From contig RHCX01000001.1 of the NCBI GenBank assembly GCA_010028495.1, positions 1 through 55,783 on the forward strand: DNA of 55,783 nt, read 5' to 3'. Below the pieces are notes generated by a model, which saw only the letters and a program-made list of their open reading frames with translations, made no database searches and was not told the DNA's origin. Position 1 is the first letter of the stretch, and the number at the start of each line of letters is the position of its first letter. Source of the stretch: Nitrososphaeria archaeon (GTDB lineage Archaea; Thermoproteota; Nitrososphaeria; Nitrososphaerales; Nitrosopumilaceae). This document shows, in pieces, positions 19,370 to 29,046 of the stretch. Position numbers and translations under genes: made by a program.

Positions 19370-20134
19370 TTATGCATTAACAATCCAGTCATAGCCTTTC
19401 TGCTCTAGCTCATCTGCTAGCTTGGCATCGCCGGATTTGAGGACTTTACCCTGTGCAAAGACGTGAACGTAGTCCAATTTTTTCAAGAATTTGAGAATTC
19501 TTGCATAATGAGTGATAACAATAATGGTTGCATCTGGTGTGGATACATCACTGATTGCCTTTGCAACTGCTTGCACTGCATCAATGTCAAGGCCCGAGTC
19601 TGGCTCATCCAGTATGGATACCTTTGGTTTGAGTACTGCCATTTGCAATACCTCGGAACGCTTTTTCTCTCCACCAGAGAATCCCTCGTTTAGGTATCTA
19701 CCCAAAAAGTCGTCTCGCAGGCCAACTGTCTGCAAGTTCTTTTTCAGATAATTTTGAAACTCTCTAACTGTAATGAATACCTCTCTGTCATTGCTTTGCA
19801 GTGATTTCGATAATGCATTGTATGATGTTCTAAGAAAATGTGAATAACCTACACCGGAAACTTCTGTAGGATACTGGAATCCCAAGAACAAACCTTTTCT
19901 TGCCCGTTCATCGGTGGATGCTTCGGTAATGTCTTCACCATCAAAGATGATTTTTCCTTGCGTTACCTCATACTTTGGATGTCCTAGTAGAGTGTATGCT
20001 AGTGTGGATTTACCAGAGCCGTTTGGTCCCATTATGGCATGAACTTCGCCAGGACCTGTCTTGAGATTAACTCCTTTGAGAATCTGCTTTCCCTCTCTTT
20101 GAACATGCAAGTCTTTGATTTCTAGGACTGCCAT
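19370..20134 (-). CDS. sufC: Fe-S cluster assembly ATPase SufC
   Basis: GPNGSGKST, FQYP, NEGFSGGEKKR, LDEPDSGLDID, ITHY. Confidence 0.96.
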   Translation of the reverse strand: MAVLEIKDLHVQREGKQILKGVNLKTGPGEVHAIMGPNGSGKSTLAYTLLGHPKYEVTQGKIIFDGEDITEASTDERARKGLFLGFQYPTEVSGVGYSHFLRTSYNALSKSLQSNDREVFITVREFQNYLKKNLQTVGLRDDFLGRYLNEGFSGGEKKRSEVLQMAVLKPKVSILDEPDSGLDIDAVQAVAKAISDVSTPDATIIVITHYARILKFLKKLDYVHVFAQGKVLKSGDAKLADELEQKGYDWIVNA

Positions 20135-20216
20135 GTTTTGCAAATATCTCCAAACTGTATATAATCTCGATGAATTTTAGCTACTCCTAAGGTACAAAAA
20201 CAAAAAGGAAAGAGGA

Positions 20217-21176
20217 TTAGTTTTTGGCAAAACTCGGTCTTAGTGTCAAGTTCAGCTTATGCCCTGAAAGAATCTCTTTGCACCGGTTTCTGATGGTTAC
20301 CTCAGTTACGCCTGCAACGCTCGAAACGTCGCGCTGTAACACGTTTTGTCCCAAAAGAATTGAGGCGATGTACAGATAGGCAGCGGCAATTCCGTTTGGA
20401 GCTTTGCCATCTGCTACGTTCATGTCCTTTGTTTTTTCAGCAATCTCCAAGGCAAGTCTCTCCACTCGAACATCGGTACTGGTCAGGTTCGATATTTTGG
20501 ATATGTACTTGTCCATAGTTATTACTGGTGCTGTGACTGAGCCTAGCTCCATTACGAGCATGCGATAGTACTTGGCGGATAATTTGGTTCTCATTTTGAG
20601 GTCCTTATTTGATCCGGTACCGGCACAGACTTCTTCTAATGATCTTACGACATTGCATTGCTTGCATGCCATGTAGATTACGGCAGCTGCAATACATGCA
20701 ACAGATTTTCCTTTGACTTCCATGTGGGAGTCTAGATTCCGGTAAATCATTGATGCAGTCTCTAGAGCATTTTCTGACAATGAAAGTGCCTGACATGTAC
20801 TGCCAATCATGGATAGTACATTTGCGAGTCGTCTCTCTCTTGGGGAGGAAACTCGGACACGTTGTTGCCATTTGCGTAGATTGTGCATTTGACTTGCAAC
20901 TTGATAGTTGATTGTCTTTCCAGAATAATCCTTTGTGGATATGGATATTTCTGTCGCGATGCCAAGATCGTGTTGCGAAAAAGTTGTTTGGCCACTTGCT
21001 CTTGTGAGCTTCGTTCTTTCTTCAAGGCTTGAGCTTTTTGACTCTGGACCATAGTCGGCCAGCTGTTCCATGACGACAATTCCGCACATGGAACAGATTC
21101 GCTCACCATTGTGAATATCATCTACTAAAGATGATTTGCATTCTGGGCAGCATGTTTCTAGTTCTGTGATATTCAT
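20217..21176 (-). CDS. tfb: Transcription initiation factor IIB (TFB paralog)
   Basis: N-terminal CPEC..CSMCG zinc ribbon, LRKWQQR, two cyclin repeats, GVTEVTIRNR. Confidence 0.95.
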   Translation of the reverse strand: MNITELETCCPECKSSLVDDIHNGERICSMCGIVVMEQLADYGPESKSSSLEERTKLTRASGQTTFSQHDLGIATEISISTKDYSGKTINYQVASQMHNLRKWQQRVRVSSPRERRLANVLSMIGSTCQALSLSENALETASMIYRNLDSHMEVKGKSVACIAAAVIYMACKQCNVVRSLEEVCAGTGSNKDLKMRTKLSAKYYRMLVMELGSVTAPVITMDKYISKISNLTSTDVRVERLALEIAEKTKDMNVADGKAPNGIAAAYLYIASILLGQNVLQRDVSSVAGVTEVTIRNRCKEILSGHKLNLTLRPSFAKN

Positions 21177-21439
21177 CTTCTGTATCTCCTTGATTTATTT
21201 CGCTTCATCACAGGCTCTTCAAGGAAGTACACTTTAGCTCCGACGTACTTTTTGATGTTGTTTGTCAGCGATATGGCAGATGCATACGGTGCAGAAACAG
21301 GACCGATTAGTTCTGTTACCTTGCCGATTCTTCTGCCGGTGTTGTCACAAACATAGTCGCCTTCATCTAGTAGTCCGGTCAACCTAATGATGACACGGCC
21401 ACTACTGGCCAAGTGCATAATTTCCCCTATCTCCTGCAA
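21173..21439 (-). CDS. gar1: H/ACA RNP protein Gar1
   Basis: IGKVTELIGPVSAPY; conserved archaeal gar1-tfb adjacency. Confidence 0.88.
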   Translation of the reverse strand: MQEIGEIMHLASSGRVIIRLTGLLDEGDYVCDNTGRRIGKVTELIGPVSAPYASAISLTNNIKKYVGAKVYFLEEPVMKRNKSRRYRR

Positions 21440-21513
21440 TTATCTTCCGAAATGAATCTCAGCTAATCATAGACTTTTGTCAACTTTACTTTATCTTGTA
21501 GCTAGAAGCGATC

Positions 21514-21813
21514 TTATTTTGACTGCTTGGCTCTTTTTGAAACCATTTTTTCAGAAATCTTTGCCAGAATTTTTCCCTTGGGCAGTGTCTTTGACACTGT
21601 GATATAGCCGGATCTGACGAATGCTCTTCTTGGAAATCTTGCCTTGTCGTTGGATTCCTTGATTATCATGCCGGCATCGGTTGCGGCATCTTGGAGTTCT
21701 TTGAGCGAAGGATCAAAAATGCATTTTTCCTTTGTTAGTCTTCTACCTGCACGTATAGTCAAATTTTTGTTAAAATAATCCAGCCAGACTACGACATGCT
21801 CGTAATCTTTCAT
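21514..21813 (-). CDS. srp19: Signal recognition particle protein SRP19
   Basis: VVWLDYF...GRR...P.L.EL..AA...FPR pattern. Confidence 0.9.
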   Translation of the reverse strand: MKDYEHVVVWLDYFNKNLTIRAGRRLTKEKCIFDPSLKELQDAATDAGMIIKESNDKARFPRRAFVRSGYITVSKTLPKGKILAKISEKMVSKRAKQSK

Positions 21814-21818
21814 TTAAC

Positions 21819-22199
21819 TCACTTTATCAAAACTGCATTTACTTGTCCGTGTTGTCCTGGTCTTGATACAACTCGGCATTTACCATCTTCAGTTTCTAGA
21901 ATTGCACCTTTGGAAATTACTCCACGTCTTTGATAGTCACTGTTTGTTGCATTTTCTAAAACTTTGAGAATCTTTACCTTCTTTACTTTGCCACCTGCAA
22001 CTGCCAGGTTGACTAGATTTGTTTTCTTTAGTCCAGTCTTGGAGTGGTTTGCGCGAACTTGTCTTGTTACTGTTACTTGTTCACCCATTACTGCTTCATT
22101 TGGAAATCTGTCCATGTCGTATTTTCTTCTAGTCTTTAGTGGGACTCGTCTTCCGCCAGTAATTTTGCTTGTTGCAAGATTCTCGACTGATCGTTTCAC
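21819..22199 (-). CDS. rps8e: 30S ribosomal protein S8e
   Basis: KITGGR, RRGVISKGAILET, VSRPGQHGQVNAVL. Confidence 0.96.
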   Translation of the reverse strand: MKRSVENLATSKITGGRRVPLKTRRKYDMDRFPNEAVMGEQVTVTRQVRANHSKTGLKKTNLVNLAVAGGKVKKVKILKVLENATNSDYQRRGVISKGAILETEDGKCRVVSRPGQHGQVNAVLIK

Positions 22200-22253
22200 G
22201 AAAATGCTGAATGACGGTCTAATTTATACACAACGCTGAATCTGTGCGGGAAT

Positions 22254-22820
22254 TCAGGCTTGTGGAGTAACAGGTTGAGCTATGGGTTCTGATAATGTAG
22301 TTGACTTGCGCTTTTTGAACAAGATTTGTTTTAGAATGTCTGTGTCTCCAGAGATTCCAAAGTATTTTTGGAATTTCGAAGTTGTGGTGAAAATCTTGAG
22401 TCTTCCAACATTTTGATGAGATATGAAATCAAGTTGCTCTAGTTCCTTCAGATGAGAGTAAACTCCACTCCCTCTTGTTTCTACCAGATGCTTGGATGAG
22501 ATTGGTTGCATGTATGCAATATATGACAAAGTCTTGAGTGTTGCCTTTGCCAGAATCGGACGGGATGCGAATTTTCGCACAGTATCGTTAAGCTCCGGTC
22601 TTAGCTGCATTACATAAGCGCCGTCTGGCAAAATGGCTATCTCTATTGCCTTAAAGGCAGCCTTGGTTTTTTTCTCTATTATTCCAAGCAGGGCCAAAGT
22701 CTTCGTCCTGGATTCCGTGCCTGATGCCCTGATTAGCTCCTCCACAGTTAGGGGTCTACCTGCCGAATACAGGGCAGCCTCCAGTCGAGAGATTGCCTCA
22801 TTTTCGTCTTCTATTTTCAT
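22254..22820 (-). CDS. scpB: SMC-Scp complex subunit ScpB
   Basis: LEAALYSAGRPL, TLSYIAYMQPIS...RG, TT..F..YFG. Confidence 0.92.
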   Translation of the reverse strand: MKIEDENEAISRLEAALYSAGRPLTVEELIRASGTESRTKTLALLGIIEKKTKAAFKAIEIAILPDGAYVMQLRPELNDTVRKFASRPILAKATLKTLSYIAYMQPISSKHLVETRGSGVYSHLKELEQLDFISHQNVGRLKIFTTTSKFQKYFGISGDTDILKQILFKKRKSTTLSEPIAQPVTPQA

Positions 22821-23482
22821 TGTATGGCCTCCCTGATCAAGGTGATTTTGATATCATCTTCAACTTGTTCTAGGTCGACTTTTTGGTCTCGAGCCAAAAA
22901 CAGTATTGCAAAGAAACAACGAATAGAGTCTATAGAATCCAAGTCAGCAATTATTGCATGCAAAAAGCCAATGCCAGCGGTATCTAATTTTCGCAAAATC
23001 AACTCTTCATATTTTCCAATGATTGATTCTAGTGATACAAAATAATCTTTGAAATCCGGAGCTTCCACCGGCTCAAACTTTAGTTGGCCGCCTTTTCTGG
23101 AGCGAGGGTTTGCAATTGTTCCAATTAAATTCTCTAACAAATCCATAAGTTCTTCCAAGGTAACTGGATAGGTGGACTCGTGACGATACGGAATGTTTAG
23201 TAGCTGAATATCAACATCAGTTCGTTGTGTGAGCGGTTTTTTTTCCATCGCGGCCTTTTGCAGTGCAAAAATTCTCTCCACCTTCATTCTGTGTATCAAA
23301 GACGAAGAAAGTGCAGCCATTCCAGCTACGCGAAGGTCCTTTTTGTCCGCCTTTTTTAGAATTCTGATTAGGATCTCCAGAATCTGGACAATGTTTACTT
23401 CCCAAACGTCTTTTTTGATTATGGTATTTGGGTTAAACAGAACGTTTACAGGCGCTTGAGAGATGTTTTCTGCCTCGCTCAA
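22817..23482 (-). CDS. scpA: Kleisin ScpA
   Basis: DVWEVNIV, DLRVAG.A, FFAILFLA...V.LEQ; overlaps scpB. Confidence 0.85.
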   Translation of the reverse strand: MSEAENISQAPVNVLFNPNTIIKKDVWEVNIVQILEILIRILKKADKKDLRVAGMAALSSSLIHRMKVERIFALQKAAMEKKPLTQRTDVDIQLLNIPYRHESTYPVTLEELMDLLENLIGTIANPRSRKGGQLKFEPVEAPDFKDYFVSLESIIGKYEELILRKLDTAGIGFLHAIIADLDSIDSIRCFFAILFLARDQKVDLEQVEDDIKITLIREAIQ

Positions 23483-23580
23483 TGATATGATCAGCCTTTT
23501 TGTCTACTAATACTAGAAGGCTCTACTTTTTTGCCTCGCCCAGTCAACTCTTATATTGTAATTATATCATCACTGATCTA

Positions 23581-24630
23581 TTGAAAGCCGCAAGAATCAT
23601 GGAGCCGGAAAAACCACTAGAGATCTCCGAAGTACAGACTCCAAAACCTACGGGCTCTGAAGTCCTAGTCAAGGTCAAAGCAGTGGGCGTTTGCCACAGC
23701 GACTTACACCTCTGGGAAGGTGGATATGACACAGGAGATGGATTCATGAAGGTAACAGACAGAGGCGTAAAATTCCCAGTCATACCGGGGCACGAAATTG
23801 TAGGTACTGTTACTGAAATAGGAAGTGCCGTCCAAGGAATAGCAGTTGGCGACAATGTCTTGGTTTATCCATGGATTGGATGCGGAAACTGTTCTGCATG
23901 CAGAATAGGAAATGATAACGTCTGCGATGCACCGCGTTCTTTGGGTGTTTTCCAAAACGGTGGCTATGCAGAATATGCACTAATACCACATTTCAAATTC
24001 TTGGCCAAAGTAACCGGAATGGATCTAGAGGCGGCAGCTTCTCTTGCATGTTCCGGACTAACCGCATATAATGCAATCAAAAAATCAGGCGCAACATCAC
24101 AAAGCAATGTTGTGATTTTTGGTGCAGGTGGTCTTGGCTTGATGGGTGTGCAAATTGCTCGAGCAATCACAAACGCAAACATCATAATTGTAGATATTGA
24201 CGATGCCAAACTCCAGACTGCAAAGGAGCTAGGAGCAGATCACTCAGTAAACTCCAAGGATCCAGAGGCAACACAAAAAATTATGACCCTTTGTGGCGGA
24301 AAAGGTGCAGACTGTGTAATTGACTTTGTAAATGCACCGCCAACTGTAAAGATGGGTCTTGCAATTATAAGAAAACGAGGCACCATGACACTGGTTGGTC
24401 TCTTTGGAGGTGCAATTGAATTATCCCTGGTGTCAGTGCCGCTCAAGGCAATCACTATTCAAGGTGCATACACTGGCAACTATAACGAAATGGTGGAACT
24501 ACTAAACTTGGCAAAAAGAGGAGTAATCAATCCTATTATCTCAAAGCGATATTCTTTATCCGAAGCAAACACTGCACTTGAAGACCTAAAGGCTCGCAAG
24601 ATCTTGGGAAGAGCAATAATCAATCCTTAG
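23581..24630 (+). CDS. Zn-dependent alcohol dehydrogenase (MDR family); probable TTG start 23581
   Basis: GVCHSD, GHEIVG, CGNCSAC...C structural Zn site, GAGGLG. Confidence 0.93.
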   Translation: MKAARIMEPEKPLEISEVQTPKPTGSEVLVKVKAVGVCHSDLHLWEGGYDTGDGFMKVTDRGVKFPVIPGHEIVGTVTEIGSAVQGIAVGDNVLVYPWIGCGNCSACRIGNDNVCDAPRSLGVFQNGGYAEYALIPHFKFLAKVTGMDLEAAASLACSGLTAYNAIKKSGATSQSNVVIFGAGGLGLMGVQIARAITNANIIIVDIDDAKLQTAKELGADHSVNSKDPEATQKIMTLCGGKGADCVIDFVNAPPTVKMGLAIIRKRGTMTLVGLFGGAIELSLVSVPLKAITIQGAYTGNYNEMVELLNLAKRGVINPIISKRYSLSEANTALEDLKARKILGRAIINP

Positions 24631-24965
24631 GTTAGACCTTTCTTTTTGGTCTGCACGTCATAGATATCTTCAATATTTGATACAAAGATCTTGCCGTCTC
24701 CGCTAGAGCCGGTACTTGCTATGTTCATGATGGCGTCTACCGTCTGCTCTACTTTGGAATCTTCTACAATGACAATTATTGTAGCCATACTGTTGAATTC
24801 CGCTAGATGTGTACTTGTACCACGAGATCCATGAAGCGATGGTCTAATTCCATTTCCGCGCCCTTTGGATTCTATTATTGTAATCCCAGTGACTTTGGTT
24901 TCCTCGATTGCAGAAACTATCAGATTGAGTCTGTTCGATGGAATGATTGCCTCTATTCGCTTCAT
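24627..24965 (-). CDS. PII-family signal transduction protein (non-canonical)
   Basis: MKRIEAII, GITI.E.KGRG, TGSSGDGKIFV. Confidence 0.9.
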   Translation of the reverse strand: MKRIEAIIPSNRLNLIVSAIEETKVTGITIIESKGRGNGIRPSLHGSRGTSTHLAEFNSMATIIVIVEDSKVEQTVDAIMNIASTGSSGDGKIFVSNIEDIYDVQTKKKGLT

Positions 24966-25081
24966 GTTGTTTTGATTTTGGGATCATTACAAAATTGTTT
25001 TGGTGAGAGCGATCCGTCACTATATAGCGAACTATAGAATATGTGCAACACTCTTTAATGACATACTCGGCGAGCCATCAC

Positions 25082-25714
25082 ATGGGTCAATGGCTGTCTT
25101 GGGTAAAATCCAACGAAAAAGAAATTCTAACAATATTGGATAATTTAGCAATCAAGGCAAAAGAAACTGCAGAGCAACTAGTAAATCTACTTGCAAACAT
25201 GGACCAGGCGCCAAAATATCAAGAGGAGATAAAAAGTCTAGAAAAGCAAGCAGACGAGCTTACACGTTCTATTTTTGCAGAGCTGAACAAGACCTTCATC
25301 ACTCCATTGGACAGAGAGGACATTCAAAGAATCGCATCAAAGACAGATGATATTATTGACTATATCGAAGGAGTCGCAGGCAGGATCAAAAGCTATCATG
25401 TCACATCCACTCCTCCATACATGTTAGATATAGCAAAAGAGCTGCTAAACGCAATAAAAGAAGTAGAACTGCTCATATCGCGCCTAAAAGAGGTAAAAGC
25501 CGACAAGTCCTTAATTGAGCACTGCCGTAAAATTAGCGAAATAGAGCACAACATCGATGAACTGTACCGAACCGCGGTAGGCAAGCTTTTCGAATCAAAC
25601 GACGCAGTTACAATAATCAAACTAAAAGACATTTACGAATCAATAGAATCGGCATCTGATAGATGTCTTGATGTTGCAGACGTAATCGAAGACATTGTTC
25701 TGAAATACACATAG
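25082..25714 (+). CDS. DUF47 / PhoU-like phosphate transport regulator
   Basis: LE..AD...FITPLDREDI...DDIID; E...D..D; precedes PiT. Confidence 0.92.
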   Translation: MGQWLSWVKSNEKEILTILDNLAIKAKETAEQLVNLLANMDQAPKYQEEIKSLEKQADELTRSIFAELNKTFITPLDREDIQRIASKTDDIIDYIEGVAGRIKSYHVTSTPPYMLDIAKELLNAIKEVELLISRLKEVKADKSLIEHCRKISEIEHNIDELYRTAVGKLFESNDAVTIIKLKDIYESIESASDRCLDVADVIEDIVLKYT

Positions 25715-25720
25715 ATTACC

Positions 25721-26707
25721 ATGTATGAGCTTGCAATAGCTGCAATACTGACGGCGTTATTCTTTGATTTTATCAATGGCTTTCATGACGCGGCAAACTC
25801 TATTGCAACTGTGGTAGGAACAAGAATTCTAAAGCCAATACAGGCAGTCAGTCTTGCAGCAGCTGCAAACTTTGTTGGCCCGTTTTTGTTTGGCGTAGCA
25901 GTTGCAACTACTGTTGGCAAGGGAATAATCAATCCAGACTTTGTCACAGTGCCTATAGTGATTGGAGCACTGATTGGTGCAATAATCTGGAATCTGATAA
26001 CTTGGATCTGGGGCTTTCCATCCTCTAGCAGTCATGCATTAATCGGCGGAATAATTGGAGCTGGAATCGCAGGCGTGGGAACTCACGCCATATTGTTTGA
26101 TGGACTGCAAAAAGTAGCAATCGGGATTGTAGTATCACCAGTAGTCGGGTTTGCAGTTGCGTTTGGCATTGCAACTTTGATAATTACCGCATTTGCAAAA
26201 AAGAGACCTGGCAAAGTTAATTCTGTATTTGGACGGCTACAGCTGGTTTCATCTACTTATTTCTCATTGACACACGGAGCAAACGATGGACAAAAAACAA
26301 TGGGCGTCATCGCTCTGATTTTGCTAAGTGAGGGAATTACGACAAAGTTCGACATTCCATTTTATGTCATATTGATGGCAGCAGCTGCCATAGGACTTGG
26401 AACGTTCTTTGGAGGTTGGAGAATCATCAAAACCATGGCAGTCAAAATTACCCAGCTAAAGCCATACCAGGGATTTGCAGCAGAAACAGGAGGCGCTACA
26501 ATTCTGGCAGTCTTGGCACATGCAGGAATTCCTGCAAGCACCACACATGGGATCTCAGGATCTATTATGGGTGCAGGCTCTGTTCGAAGACTAACTGCAG
26601 TAAGATGGGGAATCGGAAAAAGAATTGTTTGGGCTTGGATAATCACAATTCCTGCAAGTGCCGGCATGTCGTTTGCGGTAATGTGGGTAATCAAATTATT
26701 TGTCTGA
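25721..26707 (+). CDS. pit: Inorganic phosphate transporter (PiT family)
   Basis: NGFHDAANSIAT, PSSSSHALIGG, HGANDGQK, PASTTH. Confidence 0.95.
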   Translation: MYELAIAAILTALFFDFINGFHDAANSIATVVGTRILKPIQAVSLAAAANFVGPFLFGVAVATTVGKGIINPDFVTVPIVIGALIGAIIWNLITWIWGFPSSSSHALIGGIIGAGIAGVGTHAILFDGLQKVAIGIVVSPVVGFAVAFGIATLIITAFAKKRPGKVNSVFGRLQLVSSTYFSLTHGANDGQKTMGVIALILLSEGITTKFDIPFYVILMAAAAIGLGTFFGGWRIIKTMAVKITQLKPYQGFAAETGGATILAVLAHAGIPASTTHGISGSIMGAGSVRRLTAVRWGIGKRIVWAWIITIPASAGMSFAVMWVIKLFV

Positions 26708-26762
26708 ATGTGTTCTGTCCGCTTAACATCTAGTATATTAGAATAATATTCTCAAGTATTTT

Positions 26763-27518
26763 GTGGTAGAAAAAAAGCCTGATTTTGATATGGCGCTCAT
26801 GCATCTTAGAAACAACCAGAACATGGCCGCATTCAACATTCTAGTTGGAATCGCAGACTCACTAAAAAAATCCGATCCGATTAAGGCCGCACTATCGTTA
26901 ATTCTGGCATCGGAATGCAAAAACCGTCAGGAAAAAGACTCTTCCCACGAATCTGCAGAGGCAGGAAAACTGTTCTTTACATATGCAAAAAAAGAAAAAG
27001 ACTATTCCGCAAAGTCTGCGTTTTTGTGCGCCGCAAAATGCTTTCTTAAGGCAGGGCAATACGACAGCGCAAAAGAAGCATTTGAAAAATCCAAAGATTA
27101 CACCATTACACACACAGAGGAGACAAGACCAATCATTATAGTAGATGACAGTAAGGCTATAGTTCTAAAACTACAAGGATACCTGACAAATCTTGGTTAT
27201 TCCAACATACACTCGTTTTACACCGGAAACGACGGGTTGGTAGGATACAAAAAACTACTCAAATCCGATCCTATAATCCTGCTTGACATGGGGTTGCCTG
27301 ACGTCAACGGTGACATAATAGCGAGCAAAATTCTTGATGACAAGCCTGATGCGCAAATAATTATTATCACTGCAGATGAAAAAACAACAAAACGAGTCAA
27401 AGATACCATCAGCTCGGGAGTTTTGGCGTTTATCCAAAAACCATTCACGATAAAAGATCTAAAAGACGCATTATCCACAGCAGAATCAGAGTTTTCTATA
27501 TCAAAGAAGCAAAAGTGA
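26763..27518 (+). CDS. Response regulator: N-terminal TPR-like helical domain plus C-terminal REC domain
   Basis: IIVDDS, LLDMGLPD, IITAD, FIQKPF receiver signature. Confidence 0.88.
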   Translation: MVEKKPDFDMALMHLRNNQNMAAFNILVGIADSLKKSDPIKAALSLILASECKNRQEKDSSHESAEAGKLFFTYAKKEKDYSAKSAFLCAAKCFLKAGQYDSAKEAFEKSKDYTITHTEETRPIIIVDDSKAIVLKLQGYLTNLGYSNIHSFYTGNDGLVGYKKLLKSDPIILLDMGLPDVNGDIIASKILDDKPDAQIIIITADEKTTKRVKDTISSGVLAFIQKPFTIKDLKDALSTAESEFSISKKQK

Positions 27519-28001
27519 CATGTTCACAATATTGACGTTTTTAAAGTCAATCTTTGTGATTCTATAATCGATCACATCGTCTGAGAATTTCTCTATAATC
27601 TTCGAGGCCGGGTTTTTGAGTCCGCGTTCTACTCTCAATATCACCAGCATATTCCATTCACCATCCATGTTTGCAGCCATCAGATAATATGGCAAAGACA
27701 CAACGTATTCGCGGATTGATTCTTTTAGGGTGTCAAGTGATTTTGTAACCTTGAATTTCAAAAACAATGCTTCATGGTCATTTGTTTCGGCAACATCGCT
27801 TAGAACTGCCTTATACCCCTTAATGATTCCGGATTTCTCCAGGCGTTCAATTCTCTTTCTAATAGTTCTATCCGATACGTCATGGCCTGACTTCCTTAAT
27901 TCAACTGCGATGTCTTTTGAAGGAGTACGAGCATTGCTGTTTAGGATCTCTATTATCTTTTGATCGACCTTGTCAAGATTCGACCAAGCTTCTCCACTCA
28001 C
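27501..28001 (-). CDS. Lrp/AsnC-family transcriptional regulator
   Basis: LDKVDQKIIEIL..NARTP..DIA..L...VS..TIRKRIERLE..GIIKGY. Confidence 0.92.
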   Translation of the reverse strand: MSGEAWSNLDKVDQKIIEILNSNARTPSKDIAVELRKSGHDVSDRTIRKRIERLEKSGIIKGYKAVLSDVAETNDHEALFLKFKVTKSLDTLKESIREYVVSLPYYLMAANMDGEWNMLVILRVERGLKNPASKIIEKFSDDVIDYRITKIDFKNVNIVNMSLLLL

Positions 28002-28040
28002 ACTATGTGAATTGTACGGTGGTTTTTGAATATTTTGTGC

Positions 28041-28205
28041 TTAACCTTTTCTCATTATGAACTGCATTAGGACTTCTTTAGAATATTCAATCCCATGTTC
28101 TTCCTCAGAGTGCTTGCTGTATTCAGCTATGGCACTTGAAGCATCCTCGGAATTTGTAACAAAATCGCAATCAAAGCCATAATCCCTGCATATGAATTTG
28201 ACCAT
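28041..28205 (-). CDS. 54-aa DUF1059-like small metal-binding protein (not in ORF track)
   Basis: Manual translation MVKFICRDYGFDCDFVTNSEDASSAIAEYSKHSEEEHGIEYSKEVLMQFIMRKG*; C-x6-C...H-x4-HG pattern. Confidence 0.85.
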   Translation of the reverse strand: MVKFICRDYGFDCDFVTNSEDASSAIAEYSKHSEEEHGIEYSKEVLMQFIMRKG

Positions 28206-28242
28206 TATATCTATGACTAACCCGGTACAATATAATACCTAG

Positions 28243-28255
28243 TTAACCTTGTTAA
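28243..28255. promoter_or_regulatory. Palindromic operator candidate TTAAC-CTT-GTTAA
   Basis: Begins 38 nt upstream of the DUF1059 start codon, just upstream of a TATA-like element; twin site at 29552. Confidence 0.65.
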
Positions 28256-28317
28256 CCTGAGTTTTAGACCCAGATTCATATCACAAGTTATTTAGCTGAC
28301 ACAGTGAATCAAGAACG

Positions 28318-28644
28318 TTGGCGGGCAAGAACTATCGCGACAAGATCTATATCATTAAAGACATCATTAGTTTACTTGCTGAATATGGCGAGCTAAACCA
28401 AACTGCATTGGTAAGCTATAGTGGGCTTAATCTGAAAAAACACAAACACATCTTGGATGGACTAGAGTCTCGCCAGCTAATCTCAAAATCTCTAGTAGAA
28501 GACGGCAAAAGAACTGTGACAATATACAAGGTTACTCAAAAAGGGCTAGAATTTTGCCGTGTAATTATAGAGCCATATGAAGAATTATTCCCAAGAAGGA
28601 CTAATTCCGATATTAGTAAGCTAAGTCTCTTGGTCCTCGTCTAG
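28318..28644 (+). CDS. Winged-helix transcriptional regulator
   Basis: YRDKIYIIKDII..L...GELNQT.L.SYSGLN...L..LE...YKVTQKG archaeal wHTH pattern. Confidence 0.85.
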   Translation: MAGKNYRDKIYIIKDIISLLAEYGELNQTALVSYSGLNLKKHKHILDGLESRQLISKSLVEDGKRTVTIYKVTQKGLEFCRVIIEPYEELFPRRTNSDISKLSLLVLV

Positions 28645-29016
28645 CTTGAACTCTGATGTGATCTCGTTGTCTACTTGCTCTTTTCTTTTGACATAATTGG
28701 AATAATCTTCATTCCACGATTTGAGCAAGACGTACTGCCGTATTCCAAGCACTAGCCAAGCTACTGATATTGTAATTATGATTCCAAGGACAGCTGCCAA
28801 AAATGTTCCAAACTCGTCAAATTCCTCCAATACGAAGAAGAAATGAGGATGCATGATAAGATAAGCCGACAGTCCTATTGAGAGCGGCGCTAAAATAAGT
28901 GCGGAAATTGAAATGCCTACCAGCGTTTTTCTGATATGGTTTATCTTTTCGATGAATCCCTCGATTATCTCGACTAGGCTGAACCTGTTGGCATTAAAGC
29001 TGTCCACATCTGACAT
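28621..29016 (-). CDS. Two-TM membrane protein
   Basis: Two hydrophobic helices, charged termini; 30 nt downstream of the cupredoxin gene. Confidence 0.78.
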   Translation of the reverse strand: MSDVDSFNANRFSLVEIIEGFIEKINHIRKTLVGISISALILAPLSIGLSAYLIMHPHFFFVLEEFDEFGTFLAAVLGIIITISVAWLVLGIRQYVLLKSWNEDYSNYVKRKEQVDNEITSEFKLDEDQET

Positions 29017-29046
29017 AGCTATCCCAATCTAATAAAATTTGCAATC

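Noticed and set aside
23491-23573. Minus-strand GTGATGA ... CTGA resembling a second C/D sRNA between scpA and adh
   Set aside because: No C' box, spacing too long, no proper K-turn stem, and the region must hold both divergent promoters
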